Position numbers and translations under genes: made by a program
Shown: one piece after another, positions 50,371-60,235 of the stretch
How positions within the stretch are numbered: position 1 is the first letter of the stretch
How the letters are laid out: the number at the start of each line of letters is the position of its first letter
Origin: Candidatus Poribacteria bacterium
GTDB lineage: Bacteria > Poribacteria > WGA-4E > PCPOR2b
Assembly (NCBI GenBank): GCA_965215015.1
Contig: OZ244042.1
Span: 2,592,001-2,656,000 of the forward strand
DNA length: 64,000 nucleotides
Direction of reading: 5' to 3'
The notes under the pieces: generated by a model
Databases searched by the model: none
What the model was told of the DNA's origin: nothing
The model's input: the letters and a program-made list of their open reading frames with translations, nothing else

Positions 50371-50756
50371 TAGGAGTTACACCATTCAACTCGCATCACC
50401 ATAGACATTAAATCCCCCGATAGTAGTCGGCATACGCCGTATGCCATAACCCCCTTCCTCCCGCTAAATACCCGGTGGGGAGGACGGACGGCACGCGCCC
50501 CGTGCCTACTACTTTGAGATTAACTGTCGCCGCCGAATCCCTCAGGTGTTGAGAGCCACCTTCACCGGCGATGAATCGCCGAGGATATTCTGACTCTAGC
50601 GCAATAGAATACCAGACACGATGGGGCGACAATCCTGGCTCAATCAACCCGGGACGTTGCGCGAGAGTCCGGGTATTTTCAACCCACTATGAACATTGCG
50701 AACATTGCGCGCCCGTTTCTAGTGTTGGCATTGACCGTTCAACTGCGTAAATCCTA
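50371..50756 (-). mobile_element. MITE, long form (~386 bp)
   Basis: TAGGAGTTAC...GCGTAAATCCTA ends; ACTCT duplicated on both flanks; modules shared with 43781-44123. Confidence 0.75.
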
Positions 50757-50784
50757 ACTCTGTTAAAGAAAGGTCGGAATACTG

Positions 50785-51927
50785 ATGAAAATCACGGATA
50801 TTAAAACCTATATGGCCCGCTTCGGCGGACGCTCAAGAGGGCTAATCAAAGTTGAGACTGACGAAGGCATCTACGGTTGGGGCGAATCCTATTCCGTGGG
50901 ACCGAACCTCGCTGCCGAACCCATTGCGGATTATATCTTTGAGATGATTAAAGGCGAAGATCCACGGCGTATCGAATACATCATGATGAAGATCCACCAG
51001 CAATTACGCTTTCCTGCTGGCGGTACGGGCCTCGCAGTTACCTCCGCAATTGACCATGCTCTATGGGACATTAGTGGTAAAGCCGCGAATCTTCCTGTCT
51101 ATATGCTTCTCGGCGGGAGCGCCCGCGACCGAATCCGCGTTTATCACGGCATCGGAGGTCGTGATGGACAAGAAGTCGGCGAAACGGCACATCAATTGAA
51201 CGAGGAGTGGGGCTTTACAGCTTTTAAAACCAGCCCTTATCCGATCGAACCGGACGCAAATCGTTGGGGCCGAGTTTGTGCTGCTGCCGCCGACTATTTC
51301 GAGGGAATCCGTAAGCACACTCCAGAAGATTGGGAGTTTGCATTCGACCCGCACGCTAAGATTTTTGAACCGATTCGTGCATTACAATTATCCAATGCGC
51401 TGGCACCCTATGACCCCTATTTCTATGAGGAACCGCTCCGGCCTGAACATATCCCCGCGTGGTCGCGTTTGCGCTCCCAAATGCAAGTGCCATTGGCAAC
51501 CGGTGAATCCCTCTACACACGCTTTGAATTCCTCAACCTGATGGCTGCTCAAGGGGCAGACATCATCCAGCCGGACATCTGTGTCTGTGGTGGCCTGCTC
51601 GAAATGCGCAAAATTGCTGCTATCGCCGAAGCGCATTATGTCTCCATCGCTCCCCACAATCCAATGGGACCTTTAGCAACCGCGGTGAACGTACACTTTG
51701 CTGCAGCAACCCCCAACTTCAAAATCCTCGAATACATCCTGCCAACAGGAACCGAATGGAATGAGTGGGTGGACGAACCCTATCTGCCCAAAGATGGGTA
51801 TCTGGAGTTGCGAGATCGTCCCGGTCTCGGCGTGGAGGTCAATGAAGACGCCATCACAGATAATGAATATATCCATTGGCAACGGACCTGCCCCATTCGT
51901 CCAGATGGGTCGACTGGATACATTTAG
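50785..51927 (+). CDS. Galactonate dehydratase-like enolase-superfamily protein
   Basis: ETDEG..GWGE, ALWDI.GK, D.H, EEP, TGE, QPD, APHNP. Confidence 0.88.
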   Translation: MKITDIKTYMARFGGRSRGLIKVETDEGIYGWGESYSVGPNLAAEPIADYIFEMIKGEDPRRIEYIMMKIHQQLRFPAGGTGLAVTSAIDHALWDISGKAANLPVYMLLGGSARDRIRVYHGIGGRDGQEVGETAHQLNEEWGFTAFKTSPYPIEPDANRWGRVCAAAADYFEGIRKHTPEDWEFAFDPHAKIFEPIRALQLSNALAPYDPYFYEEPLRPEHIPAWSRLRSQMQVPLATGESLYTRFEFLNLMAAQGADIIQPDICVCGGLLEMRKIAAIAEAHYVSIAPHNPMGPLATAVNVHFAAATPNFKILEYILPTGTEWNEWVDEPYLPKDGYLELRDRPGLGVEVNEDAITDNEYIHWQRTCPIRPDGSTGYI

Positions 51928-52329
51928 ATGGAGACGTGATGCGTAAAACGTGAAAAGTAAGGCATGATATTACCAAAAGATTGAGGATTACCAGGTGAAA
52001 TGTCTGCCTGCTATTTCCTAGTAAATCGTTTCGTTGACTACTTCGTTCATTTGCTGAAAATCTTTCGTGGGCCTGCTGTTTGGGGATTGCACGGAGTCCC
52101 TCAAACAGCAGGTCATTCTCAAAGATGCCCAAGCCCTATTCCTCACCCACTTGCCGACCTGTCCCTCCCATACACGACAAAATTGACGAATATGGTCTTT
52201 TGATTTCCCCGCTGCCTTTTCCTGAACTCAGTATAAGAAATTAGGTTGAGGAATATTGAGAGACGTGATACAATGAAGGTATTGAACCTGAAATGTAGAA
52301 TGTACAGAATAAATTAGAAAGGAATGCGA

Positions 52330-52653
52330 ATGTCTCAGTTTGTAAAAGCTGCGGAAACCACTGAAGTCCAGCCCGGTGATTGTCTCGGTGTTAAGGTGGA
52401 AGGCGTTTTCATCGGTATATACAACATCGATGGCAATTATCACGCAATGAATAACATCTGCCCACATCTCGGTGGAGTTTTAAGCTACGGATTCTTCGAT
52501 GATAACGTTGTTACCTGTCCGCTCCACATGTGGGAATTTGATGTGAAGACAGGAAAATGCCTCTGGCCAGAGCAGGAGAAACTCCCAACCTATCCTGTGA
52601 AAGTCGAGGGCAACGATATTCTTGTCGATGTCAATTCACCCCAGACCCATTGA
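52330..52653 (+). CDS. Rieske [2Fe-2S] ferredoxin
   Basis: CPH...CPLH motif. Confidence 0.9.
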   Translation: MSQFVKAAETTEVQPGDCLGVKVEGVFIGIYNIDGNYHAMNNICPHLGGVLSYGFFDDNVVTCPLHMWEFDVKTGKCLWPEQEKLPTYPVKVEGNDILVDVNSPQTH

Positions 52654-52783
52654 TAGGCAAGCCAAGCAGAGATTCAAGGAAGATTCGGGGTGCTTACGCA
52701 CCGCACATCAAAATATCTCTGTGCCTCACTGATTTTCTGAGCAATTATAAAATAAAGGCAAGATTTAAGAGGAGTTGAAGTCT

Positions 52784-53731
52784 ATGGCATATTTAATAAC
52801 AGGTGGAATGGGGTGCATTGGATCCTATGTCATTCGTGACCTTCTGAACGCCGGCGAAAAAATTATTGTGTACGATTTTGTTCCTGATTTTACAATTCCC
52901 AAGATGGTGTTGACAGAGGAACAACTTGAGCAGTTTACCTTTGTTCAAGGGGACATTACCGACCTCCCGCATGTGCTGCGAACAGTCCAAGAAAACGAAA
53001 TTGATCGGATTATCCATCTCGCATCGTGGCAGGTGCCAGCGTGCGATGCTAACCCCCCTCAAGCACTGAAAATCGTATGTGAAGGTACAATTAATATGTT
53101 TGAGGCAGCACGAATCTTGGGTCTCAAGCGGGTTGTCTGGGCAAGTAGCGTGGCAGTCTTCGGATCACCGGAAGATTATAATCACCAACAGATCAAAAAT
53201 GATGCTCCACATCACCCAAAATTCGTCTATGGGGCGTGTAAATCCATGAACGAAAGGTATGCAGCGCACTATTTTAACAACTACGGTGTAGACACAATAG
53301 GATTACGCTTTACCGCAGTTTATGGCGTCGGACGAACACGGGGAATGAGTTCGTTTTCGACGCAAATGATCGAAGCTGCCGCACTCGGACAACCCTATGT
53401 TTCTCCATTCGGCGACGATGAAATAGACTGGCAATACGTCGAAGATGTGTCCAGATCTATTGTGATGTCCTGCATCTGTCCGGCGACGAAGACCCGCGTT
53501 TTCAACGTCAAAGGTGGGATCCGTTCAGTGAAGGAAGGCGTAGCTTACTTAAAGAAGCTGGTACCCGACGCACAGATTACGGTTGAGCCGGGTGTGTTTG
53601 GAATTTCATGGGATTACGATGCAATCCCAATCGCTCAAGAGGTTGGGTTCACGCCCGAATATACGATGGAACAGGGAATCTTGAAAACGCTTAATCGCTT
53701 CCGTGAGCTGGCAGGATTGGATTCGATTTAG
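52784..53731 (+). CDS. NAD-dependent epimerase/dehydratase
   Basis: TGGMGCIG, ASS.AV, YGACK. Confidence 0.88.
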   Translation: MAYLITGGMGCIGSYVIRDLLNAGEKIIVYDFVPDFTIPKMVLTEEQLEQFTFVQGDITDLPHVLRTVQENEIDRIIHLASWQVPACDANPPQALKIVCEGTINMFEAARILGLKRVVWASSVAVFGSPEDYNHQQIKNDAPHHPKFVYGACKSMNERYAAHYFNNYGVDTIGLRFTAVYGVGRTRGMSSFSTQMIEAAALGQPYVSPFGDDEIDWQYVEDVSRSIVMSCICPATKTRVFNVKGGIRSVKEGVAYLKKLVPDAQITVEPGVFGISWDYDAIPIAQEVGFTPEYTMEQGILKTLNRFRELAGLDSI

Positions 53732-53819
53732 GAAACGTGCCACGCTTCCTTCGCAAGAAATCGCGAACCTATCTCTATGCGAGGAAATGATACTAATGAT
53801 ACTATGGTATAAGCCCCGC

Positions 53820-54160
53820 AACAGCACGATCAACGTCTCGCAGATATTGAGCGTCAATTGAGCACAATTGAGGTCCTAATTAGGTGTGTCCCTGCAGAAG
53901 GACACCGCGAGCGAGAGGCATTGCACACTGAATTGACGAGCCAGATTCATGAGACCCGTACAGAATTAATGGTCACATTAAGAGCGTTAGAACGGAACTG
54001 CATCAGACGCGAGATGAACTGACTCACTAAATTGGAAGCTATTGGAGGGAAGTCGCAGGGGTTCGCGTGGAACTCAACGGACGAGTAGATCAACTGAGTA
54101 ACAAAATTGATGGACCGTACAAGTGGATTATCGGCATCCTGATTGCGGTTGGAATTAAGT
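53820..54160 (+). pseudogene. Frameshifted coiled-coil protein with C-terminal TM (DUF1640-like)
   Basis: Fragments HDQRLADIERQL, LHTELTSQIHETRTEL and RVDQLSNKID..KWIIGILIAVG in different frames. Confidence 0.4.
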
Positions 54161-54317
54161 GTAATCGCGTTTCTCCTGAAGGGTATTTTCTAAAAGAGTG
54201 TGAGAAATCTATCTTACCAGTTGCGACGCAGAAGCTGTCTTTGATCCAATCGGGTTTTCTAACTTGGAGATAATCGGTAATCCAGCCACAACAGATACAA
54301 CTATGGGAGGTCATAAA

Positions 54318-55394
54318 ATGAAATTAGGCACTTTTATGATGCCACTGCACCCCCCGGAGAAAGACCGGACGGAGTGTTTTGAAGAGGACATTGATTTAAT
54401 CGTTCTCGCTGATGAGTTGGGATTTACCGAAGCCTGGGTTGGCCAGCACCACACGGTCGCATGGGAACCCATCCCATCTAACGATGTGTTCATCGGCAAC
54501 GTATTGCCTCGCACGAAGCACATCCGCCTCGGTACCGGTGTGTCAATTATTCCGCAGCATCATCCGGTCAACACCGCAGTCCGTCTCGCGTTTCTTGATC
54601 ACCTCTCCCGTGGCCGTCTCAATTGTGGCTTTGGACAAGGCGGAGTCGCGACCGATTGGGGATTGTTTGATCTACCCGACCCAAAAACGCAAGGACTGAT
54701 GACCATAGAGGCCATTGACACTATCCTCAAGTTGTGGCAAATCGATCCACCTTTTGAATTCAAAGGGGATTTCTGGAATATAAAACTGGAAACTCTCGAT
54801 CCCGAGCGTGGAATTGGGGTACTGCTCCAGCCTTACCAGAAACCCCATCCGCCGGTCGCCATGAGCATTGTAAGAGGAAATTCTATGGCAGCCCGGACAG
54901 CCGGACAGCGCGGTTTTATACCCATAAGCACGAACCTAGTGCCGGGCATAACCCTTGAAAATCATTGGGAAACTTATTGCGCCGGTGCTGAGGATGCAGG
55001 ACTGCCCGCCCCTAATCGTTCCGACTGGCGCATCTCGCGCAGCATCTTTGTCGGAGAATCAACCGAGGAGGCATGGGAGCACGCAATCAACGGCAGCTTC
55101 ATAGGTGCGTATGATTACCTGATTACTGTTCTTACGAAGGCAAATATGCTCAATATTCTGAAGCATGACCCTGATTTCCCCGATGACGAAGTAACCCCAG
55201 AATATGTTCTCAAGAACATCTGTATCATCGGTGACGTGGCTGAGTGTATCCGTCGTCTTGAGGAGATATGGGAGCAGTCCGGTGGATTTGGCACACTGCT
55301 GATGATTACACATGACTGGGATGACAGAACCACGTGGAGACGTTCCCAAGAGTTGCTAGCGAAAGAGGTTGTCCCTGCGCTGCCAACAATTTAA
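54318..55394 (+). CDS. Luciferase-like (LLM) flavin-dependent monooxygenase
   Basis: F.MP.HP, ADELGF.EAW, IRLGTGV, DHLSRGR, QKPHPP, GGFG. Confidence 0.9.
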   Translation: MKLGTFMMPLHPPEKDRTECFEEDIDLIVLADELGFTEAWVGQHHTVAWEPIPSNDVFIGNVLPRTKHIRLGTGVSIIPQHHPVNTAVRLAFLDHLSRGRLNCGFGQGGVATDWGLFDLPDPKTQGLMTIEAIDTILKLWQIDPPFEFKGDFWNIKLETLDPERGIGVLLQPYQKPHPPVAMSIVRGNSMAARTAGQRGFIPISTNLVPGITLENHWETYCAGAEDAGLPAPNRSDWRISRSIFVGESTEEAWEHAINGSFIGAYDYLITVLTKANMLNILKHDPDFPDDEVTPEYVLKNICIIGDVAECIRRLEEIWEQSGGFGTLLMITHDWDDRTTWRRSQELLAKEVVPALPTI

Positions 55395-55412
55395 GCGCAG
55401 ACAAGGAGAAGA

Positions 55413-55904
55413 ATGATGGCGTTTGATCCGATGCTCCAAAGGCAGATTATGGGCCGCTTTGCAACAGGCGTTACGGTCGTTACAACACGGTATGGCGAGC
55501 AAATTTCGGGCATGACGGCAAACGCTGTCATGTCTCTGTCGCTCGATCCACCGCTAATTGTGGTTTCCGTAGACCGCCAGAGCAATATGCACGGACACTT
55601 GACACAGGGTCAGTGTTACGCAATAAATGTGTTGAAGCAGGGCCAAGAAGATATTTCCCGTCGGTTTGCAAAACCCGGCCCCAAGGATTTTTCAGACCTA
55701 AAGCTGACTGCGGCAGAAACTGGGGCTCCCATTTTCGTTGATGCTCTTGCTTATATGGATTGTCGGGTTATTGAGGTAGCTCCCGCTGGGGATCACGATA
55801 TGTTCATCGGCAAACCTGTTGCAGGTGAGACGTATGATGGCCAGCCGCTTATCTTCTACAGTGGACAGTACGCTCAGTTGGAAGCCGCATCAATAGATTC
55901 GTAA
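55413..55904 (+). CDS. Flavin reductase (HpaC/RutF-like)
   Basis: FATGVTVVT, SLSLDPPL, GDH. Confidence 0.92.
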   Translation: MMAFDPMLQRQIMGRFATGVTVVTTRYGEQISGMTANAVMSLSLDPPLIVVSVDRQSNMHGHLTQGQCYAINVLKQGQEDISRRFAKPGPKDFSDLKLTAAETGAPIFVDALAYMDCRVIEVAPAGDHDMFIGKPVAGETYDGQPLIFYSGQYAQLEAASIDS

Positions 55905-56141
55905 TAGGCATCTAAAAAATGATCCTCGACCTGTTTGTTTTGTTCAGGTTGGCGAGAAGGGTCCTATTATGGCTTCGTTCCCAAGGGCATGTTGTCAGTT
56001 TTTTAACTCACCACTGCTTCTCTCCCTGATTGCTCAGCCCATCACGTCCAAGATTGCTACCCACGATACTGCTTTTAACGCGCTGCCCCTTCAAATATGG
56101 ATATTGCAGATTAAAGAAAAAATTATAGCAAGGAGATCACA

Positions 56142-57419
56142 ATGGAAAAGGTTCCAATCTGCCTAGTAGGTTGTGGTGGCATGGGGCATCGCCATGTCAT
56201 GGGCTATAAAGAGCTCAAAGATAGTGGTATCGGTAATCTCGATTTGGTAGCTGTCTGTGATATTCGACCGGAGAACGCAGAATTAGTGGCGAACGAAGCC
56301 GAGCACCTGCTTGGCAGAAGACCTATGGTTTTCAATGATTTAGATCAGGTCATCACCCACCCGAATATCGCAGCGGTGGACGTGGTCACTGACGGTTCGA
56401 CCCATCACGAGGTCGGTGTACCGGCACTTGAGGCGGGGAAGCATACGATAGTTGAAAAGCCATTGGGCATTACGGTACGTGCCTGTCAAGCGATGATTGA
56501 TGCCGCCCAGTATAGTGGTGCCATACTCGCAACGGCGGAAAATTATCGCCGGGACACACCTAACCGATTGGTGCGAGCGATTATCGATCACGGGCTGCTT
56601 GGCGATCCGTACCTTATGATCCAGACCTCTCTCGGCGGCGATGATACCATGGCAATCACCCCTTGGCGACACCTTAAGGAGAAAGGCGCGATCGGTTTGG
56701 ATATGGGGGTTCATTACGCCGACATCATCCGCTACTACATGGGTGAATACAGCCAGATTTTTGGTCGGGGGCTTATTGTTGAACCTGTGCGCCGCAAGCC
56801 AGACCACGCTGCCCATCCGCTAGTTTCCTATCGGGAACGCGCCAAAACTTACCCGGAAACCGTTGAAGCCACCGGCGAAGATTCAGTCATTGCGCTGTAC
56901 ACAATGGCATCAGGAGCTATCGTTCAACTGTCGTATGTCGGTGGAGGGCGTGGCAGTCAAGGCTGGGAGCGCAGTGTTCACGGTCGCTGGGGAGCTGTGT
57001 ACGCCCCCGGAGAACGTAACGGCAACCCAGTTGTGCTGCGTTTAGAAGGACGGGAACTGAAAGGGAAAGAAATTCTGCGGCTTCTACCTCAATTTGAACT
57101 CAACGAAATAACCGAGCGCCTTTTTGGCAAGCAGGGTGTCGAATACGAACCTCCGGCAGATGCAGCCGTTTCCGCCTTCGCGGTTGACGCCAAACATTTA
57201 GCCATTGAATACCACGACTTCGGCGAGGCAATTCGCACGGGGACACGTCCCGAAGTGGACGGTGACGGTGGCATGAAAGCGGTTGCGGCAATAGTTGGGG
57301 CATACGAATCTGCTTTGGTTAAACACTCCGTGAGTATGGAAAGCGTACTGTCCGGTGAGGTCCGGCAGTATCAAGCGGACATTGATGCCGAGCTCGGACT
57401 TGATACATCCGTAAATTAG
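56142..57419 (+). CDS. Gfo/Idh/MocA oxidoreductase
   Basis: GCGGMG, EKP, D.GVH. Confidence 0.88.
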   Translation: MEKVPICLVGCGGMGHRHVMGYKELKDSGIGNLDLVAVCDIRPENAELVANEAEHLLGRRPMVFNDLDQVITHPNIAAVDVVTDGSTHHEVGVPALEAGKHTIVEKPLGITVRACQAMIDAAQYSGAILATAENYRRDTPNRLVRAIIDHGLLGDPYLMIQTSLGGDDTMAITPWRHLKEKGAIGLDMGVHYADIIRYYMGEYSQIFGRGLIVEPVRRKPDHAAHPLVSYRERAKTYPETVEATGEDSVIALYTMASGAIVQLSYVGGGRGSQGWERSVHGRWGAVYAPGERNGNPVVLRLEGRELKGKEILRLLPQFELNEITERLFGKQGVEYEPPADAAVSAFAVDAKHLAIEYHDFGEAIRTGTRPEVDGDGGMKAVAAIVGAYESALVKHSVSMESVLSGEVRQYQADIDAELGLDTSVN

Positions 57420-57460
57420 AATTTTTTCAATCAACCGGCCATTTTAAGGAGGAGAGAACT

Positions 57461-58114
57461 ATGGGTTTCACTGTCTATGATTGCCGCAAGGACATCCGCA
57501 ATATCTTGGTGACTCCGCAGATACGGGCCCGTTTTTGTCGCATGGAGCCAGGACCGGGATCGCTTGATAAGTTTCACACCCACGATCTCGGACACGAGAT
57601 TTTTATCATTTTGTCTGGACGAGTGGAGTTCAGGATTAGCGGCGAAACCAAAGAGCTAGGGCCCGGGCAAATGTGTTACGCCCTCGCGGACGAACCTCAT
57701 TCAGTGCGGGTCCTTGGGGACGAGCCTGTGTATATGTACCTCTCGGTGACACCCCACATCCAGCCGACCCATACCCAGTATTCTGACGACGGAGAACGAC
57801 TCGCTCCCCAATTCAGACCGTCCAGCGATTATGACACAGAGACGGATTCTACCACGCCGATTGATGCCCTTATTGATCACCACGTTGATATAGCGCGGTC
57901 AGTAGCAGATATGGCGCAGAACAGTGCCCAGATACAGGGGCAGATGGCGGCTGCTCTCAAACAGGCGTTGGCGGCAGGGGATGAGAAAGCTGCTGCTGAG
58001 ATCCGAAATGTTATGTGGGAACCTTTGTTGGAGACCTTCAAAAAGGTCAATGAATTGGCGGCAGAGTGGAACACGCTCGCCCCGCGAGCAGGATCGCTTC
58101 ACACCTACCGTTAA
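57461..58114 (+). CDS. Cupin-domain protein with helical C-terminal extension
   Basis: HTH....E...G...H cupin motifs. Confidence 0.8.
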   Translation: MGFTVYDCRKDIRNILVTPQIRARFCRMEPGPGSLDKFHTHDLGHEIFIILSGRVEFRISGETKELGPGQMCYALADEPHSVRVLGDEPVYMYLSVTPHIQPTHTQYSDDGERLAPQFRPSSDYDTETDSTTPIDALIDHHVDIARSVADMAQNSAQIQGQMAAALKQALAAGDEKAAAEIRNVMWEPLLETFKKVNELAAEWNTLAPRAGSLHTYR

Positions 58115-58140
58115 AGCCCTGAAAAACGGAGGGAAATACT

Positions 58141-59223
58141 ATGTCACTCGTACGAATTGGCGTTGTCGGATGCGGTGCAATCGCCCAAGTCCAGCATCTT
58201 CCCAATCTGCTTGAACTTGACGATGAATTTGAAGTACCCATCGTTTGCGACGTATCACCCGGACAGGCAGAATATGTAGCCCGAAGGTTCAAGGTTCCCA
58301 AATATGTGACCGATATTCGGGACATGCTAGCAGCGGACATTGACGCGGTCCTGCTCTGCCACACAGATCCCAAGACGGAGGCAGCGGTGCAAGCGTTTGA
58401 AGCAGGAAAGCATGTTTTCATCGAGAAGCCTATCTGCACCTCCTTGCAGGAAGCCGATGCGATGATTGATGCGGCGCAAAAATCGGGGAAGGTTGGTCAA
58501 GCAGGATACATGAAGGTATACGAACCCGCCTTTGAGCTAGCGAAACGTGAAGTCGATACCATGGACGAGGTCAAATTTGTGCAGACTAACCACCTGCATC
58601 CAAGCAATGAACTTCACTTGAGCCACTTCAAGGTTAAGCGGTTCAATGACCTACCGCCCGATGTCATGGAGGAACGGCAAGAAGCATCTAGAGCCGCGCG
58701 GCGCGAAGCCTTTGGGGCCCTCTTTGAGGCTGCTGAATCCTGCGGCATCGCTTATGGCCTCATCCACGACCTCTACAGTCTACGAACCATGCTAGGTGTT
58801 CCGAGCGCAGTCATCAGCACGGAGATCTGGAATGACAGCCGAGCTATAACGACTATCTTAGAATATCCTAACGGGGCACGTTGTGTCGTCAGCCGAGTTG
58901 ATCTCAACAAGTTGTGGGATTTCAAGCAGACCCTTGAGATATACAGCGAAGCCAAGCGCGTTATCCTCTCCTACCCAACCGGTTTTTCGCGTCGGGTTCT
59001 CACAAAGCTAATCGTACAGGGCATCGATGCGGAGGGAAACAGTTTCTACAAGGAGCCAGCCATCCCGTGGGAAAGTGGCTTCACCCGTGAGCTGCGCCAC
59101 TTCCGCAAGTGCATCACCCACGGCATTCCCTCACGCTCTTCAATCGTAGACGCACGCCACGATATTGCGCTCATTATTGACATCACTAAAGCGTATATCA
59201 ACCGGGTACCTGTCAGACGATAA
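58141..59223 (+). CDS. Gfo/Idh/MocA oxidoreductase
   Basis: GCGAIA, EKP, GYMK.Y, HD. Confidence 0.88.
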   Translation: MSLVRIGVVGCGAIAQVQHLPNLLELDDEFEVPIVCDVSPGQAEYVARRFKVPKYVTDIRDMLAADIDAVLLCHTDPKTEAAVQAFEAGKHVFIEKPICTSLQEADAMIDAAQKSGKVGQAGYMKVYEPAFELAKREVDTMDEVKFVQTNHLHPSNELHLSHFKVKRFNDLPPDVMEERQEASRAARREAFGALFEAAESCGIAYGLIHDLYSLRTMLGVPSAVISTEIWNDSRAITTILEYPNGARCVVSRVDLNKLWDFKQTLEIYSEAKRVILSYPTGFSRRVLTKLIVQGIDAEGNSFYKEPAIPWESGFTRELRHFRKCITHGIPSRSSIVDARHDIALIIDITKAYINRVPVRR

Positions 59224-59237
59224 GGAGGACAAACGAT

Positions 59238-60176
59238 GGTATCACCCCCCCTAGCCCCCCCGCAAGCAGGGGGGAAATAGGCTTGCACTCAGCCACGCAG
59301 GCGAGGGGATAGAGGGGGGCTTAGGAGGCAACCCACAGGGTATCACCCCCCCTATCCCCCCCGCAAGCAAGGGGGAAATAGCCTTGCACTCAGCCCCGCG
59401 GGCGGGGGGATAGAGGGGGGCTTAGGAGGCAACCCACAGGGTATTTAGCACGGAGAGGCGCAAGCCCCGAGGCCGTTACCCTCCCAAGGGAATGCTTACG
59501 GCATCGGGGATTCACGATTTCATCGGTATCCCCCCCCCTATCCCCCCCGCAAGCAAGGGGGAAATAGGCTTGCACTCAGCCCCGCGGGCGGGGGGATAGA
59601 GGGGGGCTTAGGGGGCAACCCACAGGGTATCACCCCCCCTATCCCCCCCGCAAGCAAGGGGGAAATAGGCTTGCACTCAGCCCCGCGGGCGGGGGGATAG
59701 AGGGGGGCTTAGGAGGCAACCCACAGGGTATCACCCCCCCTATCCCCCCCGCAAGCAAGGGGGAAATAGGCTTGCACTCAGCCCCGCGGGCGGGGGGATA
59801 GAGGGGGGCTTAGGAGGCAACCCACAGGGTATCACCCCCCCTATCCCCCCCGCAAGCAAGGGGGAAAACGGTATCACCCCCCCTAGCCCCCCGCAAGCAA
59901 GGGGAAATAGGCGTGCACTCAGCCCCGCGGGCGGGGGGACTGAGGGGGGCTTAGGGGGCAACCCACAGGGTATTTAGCAGGGAGAGGCGCAAGGCCCGAT
60001 GCCGTTACCCTCTAAAGGGAATGCTTACGGCATCGGGGATTCACCATTTCATCGGCAGAAGAACGAAGAAACGAATCCCCCTTCTCTGACGAAGGGGAAA
60101 ACGGGAAGCCGCTTCTCTCGATTTCTCGTCTCTGCGTTCCTCTTCCCCCTGCTTGCGGGGGGACTGAGGGGGGTGC
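59238..60176. repeat. Tandem array of a ~101-bp self-complementary C-rich/G-rich unit (about 6.5 copies) with interspersed modules
   Basis: GGTATCACCCCCCCTATCCCCCCCGCAAGC..TTGCACTCAGCCCCGCGGGCGGGGGGATAGAGGGGGGCTTAGGAGGCAACCCACAG at about 59238, 59339, 59525, 59627, 59728, 59829 (partial) and 59870. Confidence 0.92.
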
Positions 60177-60235
60177 GGCTATATCTATCGAAGCCGAGCA
60201 GAATTGATAAAGTTGAAATGAAAGGGAGACTAGGT

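Noticed and set aside
59238-59970. CRISPR or guide-RNA array
   Set aside because: Whole units are near-identical, with no variable spacer.
59999-60235. N-terminal extension of the 487-aa ORF
   Set aside because: It runs through repeat modules; the RBS and PhyH-like sequence start at 60236.
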